DNA of 64,000 bases, from contig JBEKKX010000001.1 of the NCBI GenBank assembly GCA_050010515.1, forward strand, positions 1 through 64,000, in the 5' to 3' direction. The notes under the pieces were generated by a model, which saw only the letters and a program-made list of their open reading frames with translations, did no database searches and had not been told where the DNA came from. The position numbers were made by a program, and so were the translations under genes. Source of the DNA: Candidatus Bathyarchaeia archaeon. Its GTDB lineage: Archaea > Thermoproteota > Bathyarchaeia > Bathyarchaeales > Bathycorpusculaceae. Of this stretch, positions 10,616 to 21,234 are shown piece after piece (position 1 is the stretch's first letter; each line of letters opens with the position of its first letter).

Positions 10616-12601
10616 TTAAATTCGGACACCTATGCGATAACCATCATGGATGGCGTTGTGCAGCCTTCGTGGCACTAGTGCATCTCCAATAACATAGACT
10701 TCGGAACCCCCTTCTTGTGCCGCCCCAATGAGATTTGTTACAGATTCTCGCTCTGAATATACGATTGTGTCAGCAGTGATTGGTATTCTGGTAGAAGTTA
10801 CATCTCTTATGACAGCGCCAGCATTCGTTATTTCGTCGATGTCAGAATTAACATAACTCCTCACGCCCACTTCCCGGAGTTTCTGAATGTACCTCCATAC
10901 GTATGACGGGTTAACATCTTTTCCAACTTTCCTCTCTTTGCAGACAAGCGTCACCTTCTTGCCTTTGTTCGCTAGATACAGCGCTCCAATTATACCTGGA
11001 GATTTGCCTCCCCAGACAATAACTTTTTTTCCTGTCTCCACATTTCCTTCTAACACATCAGTGACTTTTGCAAGCGGAAGCTGATCTGCGTTAGGAACAG
11101 CTGGACTCACGAACTTGGCGCCAGCAGCAATAACCACCACGTCAGGCGTCATTTCCTCAATCATATCAGGCGTGACCTCTGTGTTGAGACGGATCTTTAC
11201 CCCCGCTCTGTCGCACTGAACCTTGAGGTTTTCAATAACTCCGTACAGCTCTTCATCTCCGTAAGGCCCCTTGGAAGCAGCAACTATCTGACCACCAAGC
11301 AGACTTCGTTTCTCGAGTACGCTCACGTCATGACCCTTAAGGGCAGCGACTCTAGCGCATTCAAGTCCCGCTGGCCCTCCGCCTACTATTATGACTTTCT
11401 TCTTCTCCTCAGCCTCTCTGATCTCCCACTCCGGGTCCCATTCGTGACCAACCAACGGGTTCACCGTGCAGGTCATAGGTGCGTCTCTGAATAACCTGGC
11501 CAAGCAAAGGTTACAGGCTATGCAAGGCCGAATATCGTCAAGGTTTCCTTCAAGAACCTTCTTCGGCAAAAGGGGATCGGCTATTAGCGGCCTACAAAGT
11601 TCCCAAATGTCGATTATTCCATCAGCAATTGCTTTGTCAGCAATTTCAGGTCTGAACAGCCTGTAAGCCATCGAAACTGGCACTTTGATGCCAGCGTCCT
11701 TAGCGCGCTTAGCGTTATAGAGCCAAAAACCTTGTTTGATATCTCTCGTGATAACAGTCCGAAGAGACTCTTGCCATCCCATTGTCACACTGATACAGTC
11801 TACGCCAGCCTTTTCGGCAATCTTGTAAGCCTCCATGCTCTCTTCAGGCTTGTTACCTCCATATTCCTCCAGAAGCTCATCCGAACATAGCCTGATAAAA
11901 ATGGGAACATCTTTTCCGGCTACATCCCTAACGTTCTGCACGACTTCAGACATGTATTTGCATCTTCCCTCAATGTCTCCTCCATATTCGTCGGTTCGTC
12001 TGTTGGTAAAACTCGATATGAAATTTGAAATTAGATACCCGACTATGCCAGAGACTTCGAGCACATCATAACCTGCCTCAATAGCCCTCTTCGCGGCATC
12101 GGCATGTTCCTTTATACTCTGTTTGATGTCATCCCTGCTCATCTCTTTTACAGGTTTGAGAACCAAAAGCCGCTGCGGGACAGCTGACGGCCCCACGCAA
12201 TACGGAAGCTCTACTCCGCCCACTCTTCCTGTGTGCATCAACTGACAATTAGCTACAGCTCCTTCCTCATGAATCGCATCTGCGAGCCTCTTCAGTCCGG
12301 GGACAAATTTATCATCCCATGCGGCAGCCTGACCGACGTAACCTTTGCCTTCGCCTTTTGGATCCATGTACACTCCTTGGATGGTACAGATACCACCTAC
12401 AACACCTCTGGCTCTTTCCCTGATGTATGCCACATCCCGGTCTGTGATGAAGCCATCATGCGAGTTGAAATTATCCTCTGTAGCCGCATACTTTATTCTA
12501 TTCGATACTCTCACTTTCTTGATTTGTATTGGCTGGAAAAGACTAGGGAACATCTTATACCCTGAATAGGGTGAGTAATCCCATTTCTGAGTTGTTTGCA
12601 A
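10616..12601 (-). CDS. Old-Yellow-Enzyme family flavin/Fe-S oxidoreductase (2,4-dienoyl-CoA reductase / dienoyl-CoA oxidase-like)
   Basis: TIM-barrel FMN domain (NRIKYAA, QLMHTGR, NRRTDEYGG), CIACNLC-x11-C cluster motif, GGGPAGLE FAD site. Confidence 0.88.
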   Translation of the reverse strand: MQTTQKWDYSPYSGYKMFPSLFQPIQIKKVRVSNRIKYAATEDNFNSHDGFITDRDVAYIRERARGVVGGICTIQGVYMDPKGEGKGYVGQAAAWDDKFVPGLKRLADAIHEEGAVANCQLMHTGRVGGVELPYCVGPSAVPQRLLVLKPVKEMSRDDIKQSIKEHADAAKRAIEAGYDVLEVSGIVGYLISNFISSFTNRRTDEYGGDIEGRCKYMSEVVQNVRDVAGKDVPIFIRLCSDELLEEYGGNKPEESMEAYKIAEKAGVDCISVTMGWQESLRTVITRDIKQGFWLYNAKRAKDAGIKVPVSMAYRLFRPEIADKAIADGIIDIWELCRPLIADPLLPKKVLEGNLDDIRPCIACNLCLARLFRDAPMTCTVNPLVGHEWDPEWEIREAEEKKKVIIVGGGPAGLECARVAALKGHDVSVLEKRSLLGGQIVAASKGPYGDEELYGVIENLKVQCDRAGVKIRLNTEVTPDMIEEMTPDVVVIAAGAKFVSPAVPNADQLPLAKVTDVLEGNVETGKKVIVWGGKSPGIIGALYLANKGKKVTLVCKERKVGKDVNPSYVWRYIQKLREVGVRSYVNSDIDEITNAGAVIRDVTSTRIPITADTIVYSERESVTNLIGAAQEGGSEVYVIGDALVPRRLHNAIHDGYRIGVRI

Positions 12602-12799
12602 GGTGATTTTTCCCCTGTATGTAATGGAAAGTTTGAGGGACCAATAAAAACCTTACTTTAATGGTTTTGTCACCTCTTCAGTTGATGAGGCTATTGTGAA
12701 GGCGGTACCTTTCGGTTGATGGTGCGTGCTCTTGTTAACTGAAAAACTTAAGAATGATGTCCCAGTATTACTTTCAGCGCGTATTGTGGGGTTAAATCG

Positions 12800-14098
12800 G
12801 TGAAAATCAGTGAAGTAGTGGTTGCAGGCGGAATCAGAACGCCAATCGGTAATTTTGGCGGAGCTATCAGAGACGTTCCCGTGATTCAACTTGGAGGCAG
12901 AGTGATCGGTGAAGTCTTGAGAAGAAATGGTCTACGTCCAAGTATTCCAGAAGAAAACGTAACGTTTCGACCCAAGCTCTTAGATCAAAAAATGACCGAG
13001 CTTGAAAAAAAGTTCTATTCGTGGGACAATGCGTTGCAAGAGATCATAGTTGATGAAGTAATAATGGGTAATGCCCTGCAGGCTGGGCAAGGACAAAATG
13101 CAGCCAGGCAGGCAACTATTCACGGAGGGCTCCCAAAAGAGGTTAACGCCTTTACCGTGAACAAGGTTTGCGCGTCAGGATTGAAAGCTATAAGCCTCGG
13201 AGCTCAGGCCATAATGACTGGATCGGCCAACGTAATCATCGCCGGAGGCATGGAAAACATGAGCAAAGTACCCTATGCCTTACCTAGAGCAAGATGGGGT
13301 TACAGGATGGACATAAGCGGGTGGGGGGAGATACAAGATCTCATGGTCTTAGATGGACTGTTCGAATCCCTATACGGATACCATATGGGTATAACGGCGG
13401 AAAACATCGCCGAAAAGTACGGAATAACACGGCAGGAGCAAGACGAACTTGGACTAATTAGCCATCAACGGGCCCGCGCGGCAATCAAGGATGGCTTTTT
13501 CAAAGAAGAAATAACGCCGATATTGATCCCGCAAAAAAAAGGCGAACCAATACCTTTTGACACTGATGAAAGGCCTATGGAAACGTCACTCGAAAAAATG
13601 TCAAAGCTTCAGCCAGTATTCAAGGAGAACGGTACGGTCACTGCGGGTAATTCCTCGGGAATTAACGATGCCGCAGCGGCAGTTCTTCTCATGAAAGAAG
13701 AGGAATGTCCACATTATGGTCTTAAACCTCTTGCGAGAATTCTGGGATTTGCGTCTGGGGCTATTGATCCCGCCTATATGGGACTCGGGCTTATTCCTGC
13801 GGTTAAGAGGGCGTTAAAGAATTCAGGAATAACTTCTGATGACTTGGACCTCATTGAACTTAACGAGGCCTTCGCATCTCAGGCTATTGCATGTATTAGA
13901 GAATTGGGATTGAGCCTCGACAACACCAACATCTACGGTAGCGGCATATCTCTGGGTCATCCCATAGGATGCACAGGCGCAAGGGTTGTCGTCACATTGC
14001 TTCACGCTATGAGAAGAAATAGGGCAAGATATGGCTTGGCAACCATGTGCATTGGTGGAGGCCAAGGCATGGCTATGGTTTTTGAACTTGTTCCATAG
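12800..14098 (+). CDS. Acetyl-CoA C-acyltransferase (classical thiolase)
   Basis: RTPIG, NKVCASG, GGMENMS, NEAFA, GHPIG and CIGGGQG motifs; an insertion of about 35 aa near the N-terminus. Confidence 0.95.
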   Translation: MKISEVVVAGGIRTPIGNFGGAIRDVPVIQLGGRVIGEVLRRNGLRPSIPEENVTFRPKLLDQKMTELEKKFYSWDNALQEIIVDEVIMGNALQAGQGQNAARQATIHGGLPKEVNAFTVNKVCASGLKAISLGAQAIMTGSANVIIAGGMENMSKVPYALPRARWGYRMDISGWGEIQDLMVLDGLFESLYGYHMGITAENIAEKYGITRQEQDELGLISHQRARAAIKDGFFKEEITPILIPQKKGEPIPFDTDERPMETSLEKMSKLQPVFKENGTVTAGNSSGINDAAAAVLLMKEEECPHYGLKPLARILGFASGAIDPAYMGLGLIPAVKRALKNSGITSDDLDLIELNEAFASQAIACIRELGLSLDNTNIYGSGISLGHPIGCTGARVVVTLLHAMRRNRARYGLATMCIGGGQGMAMVFELVP

Positions 14099-14304
14099 AA
14101 GGTTGGCGCGATATGCCCTTTTGATTTTCATCTAAGCAGGTGAAACGTCGTCCAACGCTTACAGTACTTCACCTTTTTCCTTCGCTTCTACTTCAAAGTC
14201 TCCTTTTTTCCGCTTTCCTCGTTAGAACGCTCTATTGCGGAGGCAATAACATTTTATAGTTACAAAATAGACTGACTTGTGATAAATGGTGGGGATCAAA
14301 CATT

Positions 14305-15621
14305 ATGAGTAATCAACCGACTCAAGAAAAAAAAGAAGAATTGGACTTTCTTGGAAGAACGAGATTTGAGTTTAGAAGAGCTGTTCAATTCATCAATGCG
14401 AAAGTAAAACCAACCGAGGAGGGCATGGTTGACTATATAGAGCAACCGTTCAGGCAGTCAAGCGTGCGATTCCCAGTCTATATGGATGACGGTTCAATAA
14501 AGGTTTTTACCGGTTATAGAGTTCATCATTCAAGACTATTTGAACCTACCAAGGGGGGCATTAGATACTCTCCAGACGTTGATCTGAATATGATCAACGC
14601 TTTGGCATTTGAAATGACACTGAAATGCTTCGTGGTCGACCTTCCTTATGGCGGAGCAAAAGGAGGGGTTTGTTGTGATCCGAAGAAAATGTCACGACCA
14701 GAACTCGATCGATTGACCAGAAGGTACACGTACGAAATTATGCCGATGATAGGTCCAGACTTAGATGTACCAGCACCTGATATAGGCACTAGCGAAAGGG
14801 AGATGGGTATTATTTATGACACTTATATGATGTTCAATCCTAATGTTCCATACGCCTCCGCTGTGGTGACCGGAAAACCCTTGAGCATTGGCGGATCCAA
14901 AGGCAGAAAAGAAGCTACGGCTCAAGGCGGCGCATTTGTTCTCGAAGAAGCCGTTGGGAAGAGGCGCGTTAACGGGTTAGCCTCATTGAAAGGCGCAACG
15001 GTCATTGTTCAGGGATTTGGAAACGTTGGATTCAACATTGCTAACATTCTACATGAAAATTATCAATGCAGAATAGTTGGAATCTGCGATTCCAGGGGAG
15101 GAATCTACTCTAAAAAGGGATTTGACCCAAAGGATGTATTGAACTACAAAGCACAAAGCCCTAACCGATCCGTAGTGGGATACAACGAACTTGAGCCGAA
15201 AAATGCAAAGCAAATGCTGACGAGCGCATGCGATATTTTGGTTCCAGCCGCAAAGGAAAACCAACTTATAGGATCATTCGCAAAGGACATAAAAGCCAAA
15301 GTGGTCTTGGAGCTTGCAAATGGACCCACATCAAATCTAGCCCACGAAATATTGGTTGACAAGGGAGTATATATCCTGCCAGACATACTTGCAAACGTAG
15401 GAGGAGTCACCGTAAGCTATTTTGAATGGCTCCAAAACAAGGCCGGCGAAAGCTGGGATCTGAATACGGTTAGGGATAAATTACGCATAAAAATGACCAC
15501 AGCCTACGGAGGCACAGTAGATACCGCTGAAAAATACAACCTTGACATGCGAAGGGCCGCATTTGTTTTTGCTACCAACAAAATGCTAGAAGTTGCTTCT
15601 TGCAGGGGCATTTTCCCTTAA
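14305..15621 (+). CDS. gdhA: Glutamate dehydrogenase (Glu/Leu/Phe/Val family)
   Basis: KGGIRY, MTLKC, GGAKGG, DVPAPD, VTGKP, QGFGNVG and VTVSYFEW (glutamate-specificity Lys and Ser present). Confidence 0.92.
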   Translation: MSNQPTQEKKEELDFLGRTRFEFRRAVQFINAKVKPTEEGMVDYIEQPFRQSSVRFPVYMDDGSIKVFTGYRVHHSRLFEPTKGGIRYSPDVDLNMINALAFEMTLKCFVVDLPYGGAKGGVCCDPKKMSRPELDRLTRRYTYEIMPMIGPDLDVPAPDIGTSEREMGIIYDTYMMFNPNVPYASAVVTGKPLSIGGSKGRKEATAQGGAFVLEEAVGKRRVNGLASLKGATVIVQGFGNVGFNIANILHENYQCRIVGICDSRGGIYSKKGFDPKDVLNYKAQSPNRSVVGYNELEPKNAKQMLTSACDILVPAAKENQLIGSFAKDIKAKVVLELANGPTSNLAHEILVDKGVYILPDILANVGGVTVSYFEWLQNKAGESWDLNTVRDKLRIKMTTAYGGTVDTAEKYNLDMRRAAFVFATNKMLEVASCRGIFP

Positions 15622-15828
15622 CCCCGTCGAAAGCACCATACTCACAAAAAACCGGCGGATAATCCGCGACAATTTCTCGTGAGTAATCTTACGCTGTTCA
15701 GCCCCCAGATAGGCCCTTGCTTACTTCACTTTATTTGACACGCCGTCATTTTCGAATGAAGCGAAGAGACTACTCGTTCATTGGCCAGAAAATCCTGAAG
15801 TTCACCCCGAAATCTAGCTATCATATAC

Positions 15829-16566
15829 TTAGATCGTGAGTCCGCCGTCGACGCTGAGGACAGCACCGTTGACAAACTTCGCTTCGTCCGAAGCGAGGTA
15901 CAAATACGCATATGCAATGTCTCTTGGTTCAGCAAGCTTGCCGAGTGGAGTTTTCTCTCTCATCATTTGAAGAATTTTGTCAGGCACATTTGCCATCATG
16001 GGCGTCATCGTAAATCCAGGTGCTACCGCGTTGACCCTAATTCCTTTCCTTCCCAGTTCTTTTGCCAGAGCCTTAGTAAGGCCAATTAGCCCAGCTTTAG
16101 CCGCAGCATAATTGGCTTGACCGATGTTACCGTACAATCCCACGACAGAAGACACATTAACGATCACACCATGGCCCTGGTTGATCATTACCTCGACAAC
16201 AGCCTGCGCGCAATTGAAGGCGCCCTTGAGGTTTATGTCTATAACTCGATTCCATTGCTCTTCCGTCATTTTTAGCAGGAGAGCATCTTGTGCGACGCCA
16301 GCATTGTTAATCAACACGTCGATCTTGCCGTACCTTTCTATTGTGTCTTTGACCATCTGTTTTGTCTGCTCCCGATTACAAACATCCAACTTCACAAAGA
16401 AGCCCTCTCCAGTCTTCTTAATCTCTGCAACCGTTTCCTCACCCCCATTTTCAAAGACATCGGCAACAACGACCTTAGCTCCTTCTCTAGAAAACAGTAG
16501 CGCGGTTTCTTTGCCAATTCCGCTGGCCGCTCCTGTTACAATTGCAACCTTACCTTCAAGTCTCAC
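15829..16566 (-). CDS. Short-chain dehydrogenase, 3-oxoacyl-CoA/ACP reductase (FabG/PhaB-like)
   Basis: TGAASGIG, NNAG, NYAAAKAG (YxxxK), NAVAPGF. Confidence 0.92.
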   Translation of the reverse strand: MRLEGKVAIVTGAASGIGKETALLFSREGAKVVVADVFENGGEETVAEIKKTGEGFFVKLDVCNREQTKQMVKDTIERYGKIDVLINNAGVAQDALLLKMTEEQWNRVIDINLKGAFNCAQAVVEVMINQGHGVIVNVSSVVGLYGNIGQANYAAAKAGLIGLTKALAKELGRKGIRVNAVAPGFTMTPMMANVPDKILQMMREKTPLGKLAEPRDIAYAYLYLASDEAKFVNGAVLSVDGGLTI

Positions 16567-16666
16567 TTCTTACTCCACCCTAACAGGCAATCTTCCAGTC
16601 TCAAACTATTCACACATGCTTTTTTATAGCTTTTATGCAGCGGGAAAGCTTAGTTTAGGTTTTCAT

Positions 16667-17080
16667 TTATGTCGGAACGAAACCAGATGCTTCTCCCTCA
16701 ATGACTATTTTCCCGTCTTGATTTGCACAAGTGGTTTTCATTCTTACCCTGTTTTTTTCCATTTTCTCAATAACCTCTACAGTGGCGGTAATAGTGTCGC
16801 CCATCTTCACTGGCGCGGTGAATTTCAATGTCTGGGACAAGTAAATCCCTCCGCACCCCAAGGTCTCCGCAACTGCTGTGGATATGAGACTTGCGGTCAG
16901 CATACCGTGGGCAACCCTTTCTTTGAAAAAAGAGTCTTTGGCGAATTCTTTGTCAACGTGAATCGGGTTAAAGTCCCCACATACACCCGCAAACAGCGTA
17001 ATATCCGCTTCAGAAATGGTTTTGCGGAAACACATTTTTTCTCCTACCTTAATATCTGCAAAATCTCTTTTGTTTAACAT
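16667..17080 (-). CDS. MaoC-family (R)-specific enoyl-CoA hydratase (PhaJ-like)
   Basis: FAGVCGDFNPIHVD...VAHGML hydratase-2 motif; start taken at the internal ATG (17080). Confidence 0.88.
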   Translation of the reverse strand: MLNKRDFADIKVGEKMCFRKTISEADITLFAGVCGDFNPIHVDKEFAKDSFFKERVAHGMLTASLISTAVAETLGCGGIYLSQTLKFTAPVKMGDTITATVEVIEKMEKNRVRMKTTCANQDGKIVIEGEASGFVPT

Positions 17081-17192
17081 ATAACTTTTGAAGAGCAATA
17101 AGCAGTATATAATATTTCTCAACAACAGGGAAAGAATGAAAAATGGGTTTTGCCAAGCCCCAGTCAGGGTAGCTTAGCGTGCGCTATTTGCT

Positions 17193-18173
17193 TCATTCTT
17201 TTAGTTTCTTTAATGCCGTGGTTAGTGCTGGAACTATTTCGTATAGATTGCCGACAACTATATAGTCTGCTATTTCGAATATTGGCGCCTCGGAATCTTT
17301 GTTTATCGCAACTATGATTTTGGAGTCTCTTATGCCTGCCAAGTGCTGAATCACGCCGGCATTGCCGCAGCCGATGTAGAGTTCGGGTTTAACCCTATGA
17401 CCCGACAGCCCCACCCAGTCGCCTTTAAACCATTTTCGGTCTTCTGCCAGTGGTCTTGTATAGCCAGGTTGCCCGCCCAGAACAAGGGCGAGATTTTCTA
17501 AAATCTGGAAGTCGTCCTTCTTTTCAATCCCGCGTCCGCCAACAACCACTACTCTAGCTTCCTCGATTTTGATCGCGCATGCTTCGATTGGTTTAGTTTC
17601 GACGATTTCGGTCCTAGGACTGTCTATTTGAGAAATGTCCGTTTTTATGATTTCGCCTTTTTTGTCCGTGGGTTTTGGCTTTTCGGCGACTCCTGTTGAA
17701 ACACAGACAATTTGAGGCTTGGTCAAGAAAATTTGAACGGCTGAAGCGTTTCCTCCGTAAACAATCCGTTCTGTTAGCAATTGCCCTTGTTTGTTTATTC
17801 TCAAATTGTCACAATTCGGTATACATCCTGCGTTAAGGCGGGTTGCCAGTCGGGCGGCTAGTTCTTTTCCTCTTCTCGTCGAACCGACTAGCAGGATTTC
17901 AGGTTTGTGCTCCTTGACCAGATTCGTTAAAACGCCCAGGTACGCGTCAGGACAAAAGGTTTCAAGTTGAGGATGATCTGCGACTAATACTTCGTCTGCA
18001 CCGTAACTGATCAGTTCCTTAGCTCGGCTTTCTACTCCATGGCCAATTAACAGGGCCACGAGGCGTGTTTGGAGTTGGTCGGCTAATTCGCTTCCTTTGG
18101 CGAGTAATTTAGCAGCAAGTTCTTGGTTTTCGGAGAATATCCAAACATTCTTATTTTCACTCATCACTTTCAC
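17193..18173 (-). CDS. etfA: Electron transfer flavoprotein alpha subunit
   Basis: VVVGGRG, VGLSG, PELYIGCG, IQHLAG, AINKDSEAPIF; overlaps the etfB stop. Confidence 0.93.
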   Translation of the reverse strand: MKVMSENKNVWIFSENQELAAKLLAKGSELADQLQTRLVALLIGHGVESRAKELISYGADEVLVADHPQLETFCPDAYLGVLTNLVKEHKPEILLVGSTRRGKELAARLATRLNAGCIPNCDNLRINKQGQLLTERIVYGGNASAVQIFLTKPQIVCVSTGVAEKPKPTDKKGEIIKTDISQIDSPRTEIVETKPIEACAIKIEEARVVVVGGRGIEKKDDFQILENLALVLGGQPGYTRPLAEDRKWFKGDWVGLSGHRVKPELYIGCGNAGVIQHLAGIRDSKIIVAINKDSEAPIFEIADYIVVGNLYEIVPALTTALKKLKE

Positions 18174-18961
18174 CTTTTAATGACACCTTCATGAAGCAGC
18201 TCTTTGGCCAGTTTCTCTGCCGTGTCAACGGGGTTCTCTCCTTTGATTATTATTCTCTTGCGTTCCATTTTTGGAGCCAAAACCGACACGACGCTTACAG
18301 CTGAGCCTTTCTTGCCCACTTTTTCGGCTGAAATGCCCATATCAGCAGCTTTCCAAATGATGACCTCTTTCTTGGAAGCTTTCATTATGGCCATTAAGGT
18401 TGGAATACGAGGCTCGTTTAGTTCTTTGGTTACTGTCAGCAGGGCGGGGGTTTTGACCCTTAGTATTTCGTAACAGTCTTCTAGAGTTCGCTCAGCAGTA
18501 ACAACATCGCCTTCAACAACAAGTTTTCTTACATAAGTGACTAACGGAACATTCAACCGCTCGGCTAGGCGCGGTCCAATCTGCGATGAGGAGCTATCTA
18601 TCGATGTTTCACCACATAGAATCAGGTCGAATTGGCCGATTTTCTTAACAGCCTCTGCCAGAATATATGAGGTAGCTAAAGTATCTGAATCTTCGAAGGC
18701 TGGATCAGATAAGATGTACGCCTTGTCGGCACCCATGGCCAGAGCTTCTCTGATTGTCGTTTTGGCGTCCTCGGGACCAACGGTGACCGTTAGAACTTCG
18801 CCTCCGAACTTTTCTTTTAATCGTACGGCTTCTTCCAGTGCGTTCTTGTCGAAGTCGCCAATTTTCTTGGGTGCGTTAACCAGGATCAGGTGGCCAGTAA
18901 CCCTGTCCGCCTTAATTTGGGAGACATCGATAGCTTGTTTGATGCAAACCAGGATTCTCAA
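18170..18961 (-). CDS. etfB: Electron transfer flavoprotein beta subunit
   Basis: VCIKQ, DKNALEEA, ALAMGAD, DTLATS, EPRIP. Confidence 0.93.
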   Translation of the reverse strand: MRILVCIKQAIDVSQIKADRVTGHLILVNAPKKIGDFDKNALEEAVRLKEKFGGEVLTVTVGPEDAKTTIREALAMGADKAYILSDPAFEDSDTLATSYILAEAVKKIGQFDLILCGETSIDSSSSQIGPRLAERLNVPLVTYVRKLVVEGDVVTAERTLEDCYEILRVKTPALLTVTKELNEPRIPTLMAIMKASKKEVIIWKAADMGISAEKVGKKGSAVSVVSVLAPKMERKRIIIKGENPVDTAEKLAKELLHEGVIKR

Positions 18962-19384
18962 GGTCTTTTACTCCTTCAAATGTGTGTTCTCAAATTTATG
19001 AGACAATTCTTAAACCTTTCCAAGAACCTCAAGCCATCGCATATTAGATCACGCTTCTTACCTCGTTTTCTGGCCTGTACCACGAGCAGGTCCGCGGATC
19101 TGCCTTTTTCAATTTCCAAGCTCCAAATGGTGTGTAGCCCCGATGTTTTTGAATTGACAACTTTAAGCGCCGTTGAAGACGCGTATCATTCGCCAAAACG
19201 CGCCAAGCCTATTGCATAGCTCTTATTTATGCCGAGTCGTACCTACCCTTTTCCCGCGCGACGCATCGCCCAATTGAGTAATACTGGTAGCTGATTTTTC
19301 AAATTTAACATCGGAAAAATAGGAGCCTTTCGCTGACTTTCGCCCAATTTAATATTTCTCTTTTTTGGCTAATTTCGTTTACGG

Positions 19385-19813
19385 TTAGTCTCTTGTTCTT
19401 AATGGGCTGGGTCCTAGTTGTTTGATTTGCTGAACCATGTCTCGGACGGTGGCAGCGAATTTTTCGCCTTCACTAGCCGAAATCCATTCCAAGCGTAAAC
19501 GTTCGGGTTCGATCCCGAACTGTTGAATCACAGTTTTCAGGAGAGTTACCCTTCTCAAGGTCTCGAAGTTTCCATCGATATAGTGGCAGTCAGAGGGTAG
19601 GTGGCAACCTGCTATAAGAACCCCGTCAGCTCCGTTCTTGAAGGCCTCAAGGACAAAAATTGGGTCTACCCTGCCACTACACATAACGCGTATGATTCGA
19701 ATGTTCGGCGGATACTGAATTCTGCTTACTCCTGCCAAGTCTGCCCCCGCGTAGCTGCACCAGTTGCATAGAAACCCGACGATTTTGGGTTCGAAGACGG
19801 TTTTTTCGCTCAT
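19385..19813 (-). CDS. mvhD: Methyl-viologen-reducing hydrogenase delta subunit ([2Fe-2S], MvhD/FlpD)
   Basis: [24 protein letters not shown]...CHY, WISASEG. Confidence 0.93.
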   Translation of the reverse strand: MSEKTVFEPKIVGFLCNWCSYAGADLAGVSRIQYPPNIRIIRVMCSGRVDPIFVLEAFKNGADGVLIAGCHLPSDCHYIDGNFETLRRVTLLKTVIQQFGIEPERLRLEWISASEGEKFAATVRDMVQQIKQLGPSPLRTRD

Positions 19814-19816
19814 ATT

Positions 19817-20722
19817 TTAGGTCCCACTAAGGCGTCGCGAGATGTTTTGATGAGATGCAATTTTGGCTGAGAGTTGATCAACTGGACTTTGGTTCATGTT
19901 CAAGCCAAGTCTATTTTCGTCAACGTTTAGGGCGAGACCGAGTAACTGCGTATAATACATGACCGGTATACTGAATTTTGCTCCTACGGTGGTTTCCGCG
20001 TCTTTCTGTTTCGAATCGAACATCGTTTGACAGTCGGGGCAGGAAACAACTAGGCTGTCAACAGGCAGTTTCTGTACGGCCTTGAGTTTTGACCCGGTTA
20101 GTGAAAGTGCTGAATCAGGATGACTGAGAATTAGCGAGTAGCCACAACAGTCCAGTTTTTCCTCATAATCCACTGTTTCTGCCCCTAAGGCACATATCAG
20201 TTCGTCCAGTTTTCGGGGATTCTCCGCGTTGTCTACTCTTCCAAGGTCGCTGTAGCGGATTATCTGACAACCAACGTGAGTCGCGACTTTAATACCTGTG
20301 AGAGGCTTGATCACCGCCTTCTTGATCTGCTCTATCCCGATGCAATCATGCAAGAAGTCAATCGTGTGCCAGATCTTGATTTCGGAATATTGTAAACCTT
20401 CTTCTCTTAGTAGATCTTTTATTTTTCCGCTAATTCTTGGATCACTCTTCATAATGTTCCTCGATTCCGAAATTGTGAAGTGACATCGGTTGCACGGAAC
20501 TAACAGATTCTCCAAACCCGTGAGGCCGGCAAGAGCTATAACTCTAGCACCGAGGTAGTTTGCCGCAAAATCGTTAACGCTCTTAATCGGATCTCCGCAG
20601 CAGACGGATTCGCTCAGGTCAACAAGCTCTACGCCCAACTTTGGAAGAACTTCGCGGAGAGATAGCTCGTAGGCATACTGGCTTGTTAGGATCCGACAGC
20701 CCCAGAAAACTGCTGTTTTCAC
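19817..20722 (-). CDS. hdrB: Heterodisulfide reductase subunit B
   Basis: Two CCG domains (FWGC...CCG...CNRC; HVGC...CCG...CPDC). Confidence 0.9.
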   Translation of the reverse strand: MKTAVFWGCRILTSQYAYELSLREVLPKLGVELVDLSESVCCGDPIKSVNDFAANYLGARVIALAGLTGLENLLVPCNRCHFTISESRNIMKSDPRISGKIKDLLREEGLQYSEIKIWHTIDFLHDCIGIEQIKKAVIKPLTGIKVATHVGCQIIRYSDLGRVDNAENPRKLDELICALGAETVDYEEKLDCCGYSLILSHPDSALSLTGSKLKAVQKLPVDSLVVSCPDCQTMFDSKQKDAETTVGAKFSIPVMYYTQLLGLALNVDENRLGLNMNQSPVDQLSAKIASHQNISRRLSGT

Positions 20723-20723
20723 G

Positions 20724-21215
20724 CTATTTCTCCTCCATAGCCTTCATTAATGCCGATTGAAAGCTTTCCATTGGAGGTTTGATCTTGGGCAATTTCAGGC
20801 TGTCGCGATCAACAGTCTGCAGCTTCCGCGTTACGATTTTCTTAGGCGTATCGGTGAGCCCAGTTTCCAGAATATGTGAGACCGCTTTGAGGTAGTCTTC
20901 CGGCACTTTTGCTTCTTTTTCAACGGCTAAATTTCGCAGCGCCATGATGACGTGGTACGGTGACGCCTTTTGGGGGCATCTTTCGACGCATTTCAGGCAG
21001 GTAACGCAGGTCCAGATTATGTCTGAAGTGGGCAGTTCGTCCACAAAACCCAAGTTGACAAGTTTTATTATTTCGTGCGGCTTGAGTTCAAGGAGTTTTA
21101 GGGCGGTGCATCCGCTTGTGCATTTCATGCACTGGAAACAGTTGACCATTTCTCTTCCGTGAAGCTTGGTCAGTACCTTTCCTCGTGCTTCAAGATTTGG
21201 CTTCGCCATTGACAT
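20724..21215 (-). CDS. hdrC: Heterodisulfide reductase subunit C
   Basis: CFQCMKCTSGC and WTCVTCLKCVERCP. Confidence 0.9.
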   Translation of the reverse strand: MSMAKPNLEARGKVLTKLHGREMVNCFQCMKCTSGCTALKLLELKPHEIIKLVNLGFVDELPTSDIIWTCVTCLKCVERCPQKASPYHVIMALRNLAVEKEAKVPEDYLKAVSHILETGLTDTPKKIVTRKLQTVDRDSLKLPKIKPPMESFQSALMKAMEEK

Positions 21216-21234
21216 TAGGTCAACAACGCTCAGA

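Noticed and set aside
16124-17077. 317-aa plus-strand ORF
   Set aside because: Antisense to the well-supported SDR and MaoC genes. The other short overlapping ORFs in the track were rejected for the same reason.
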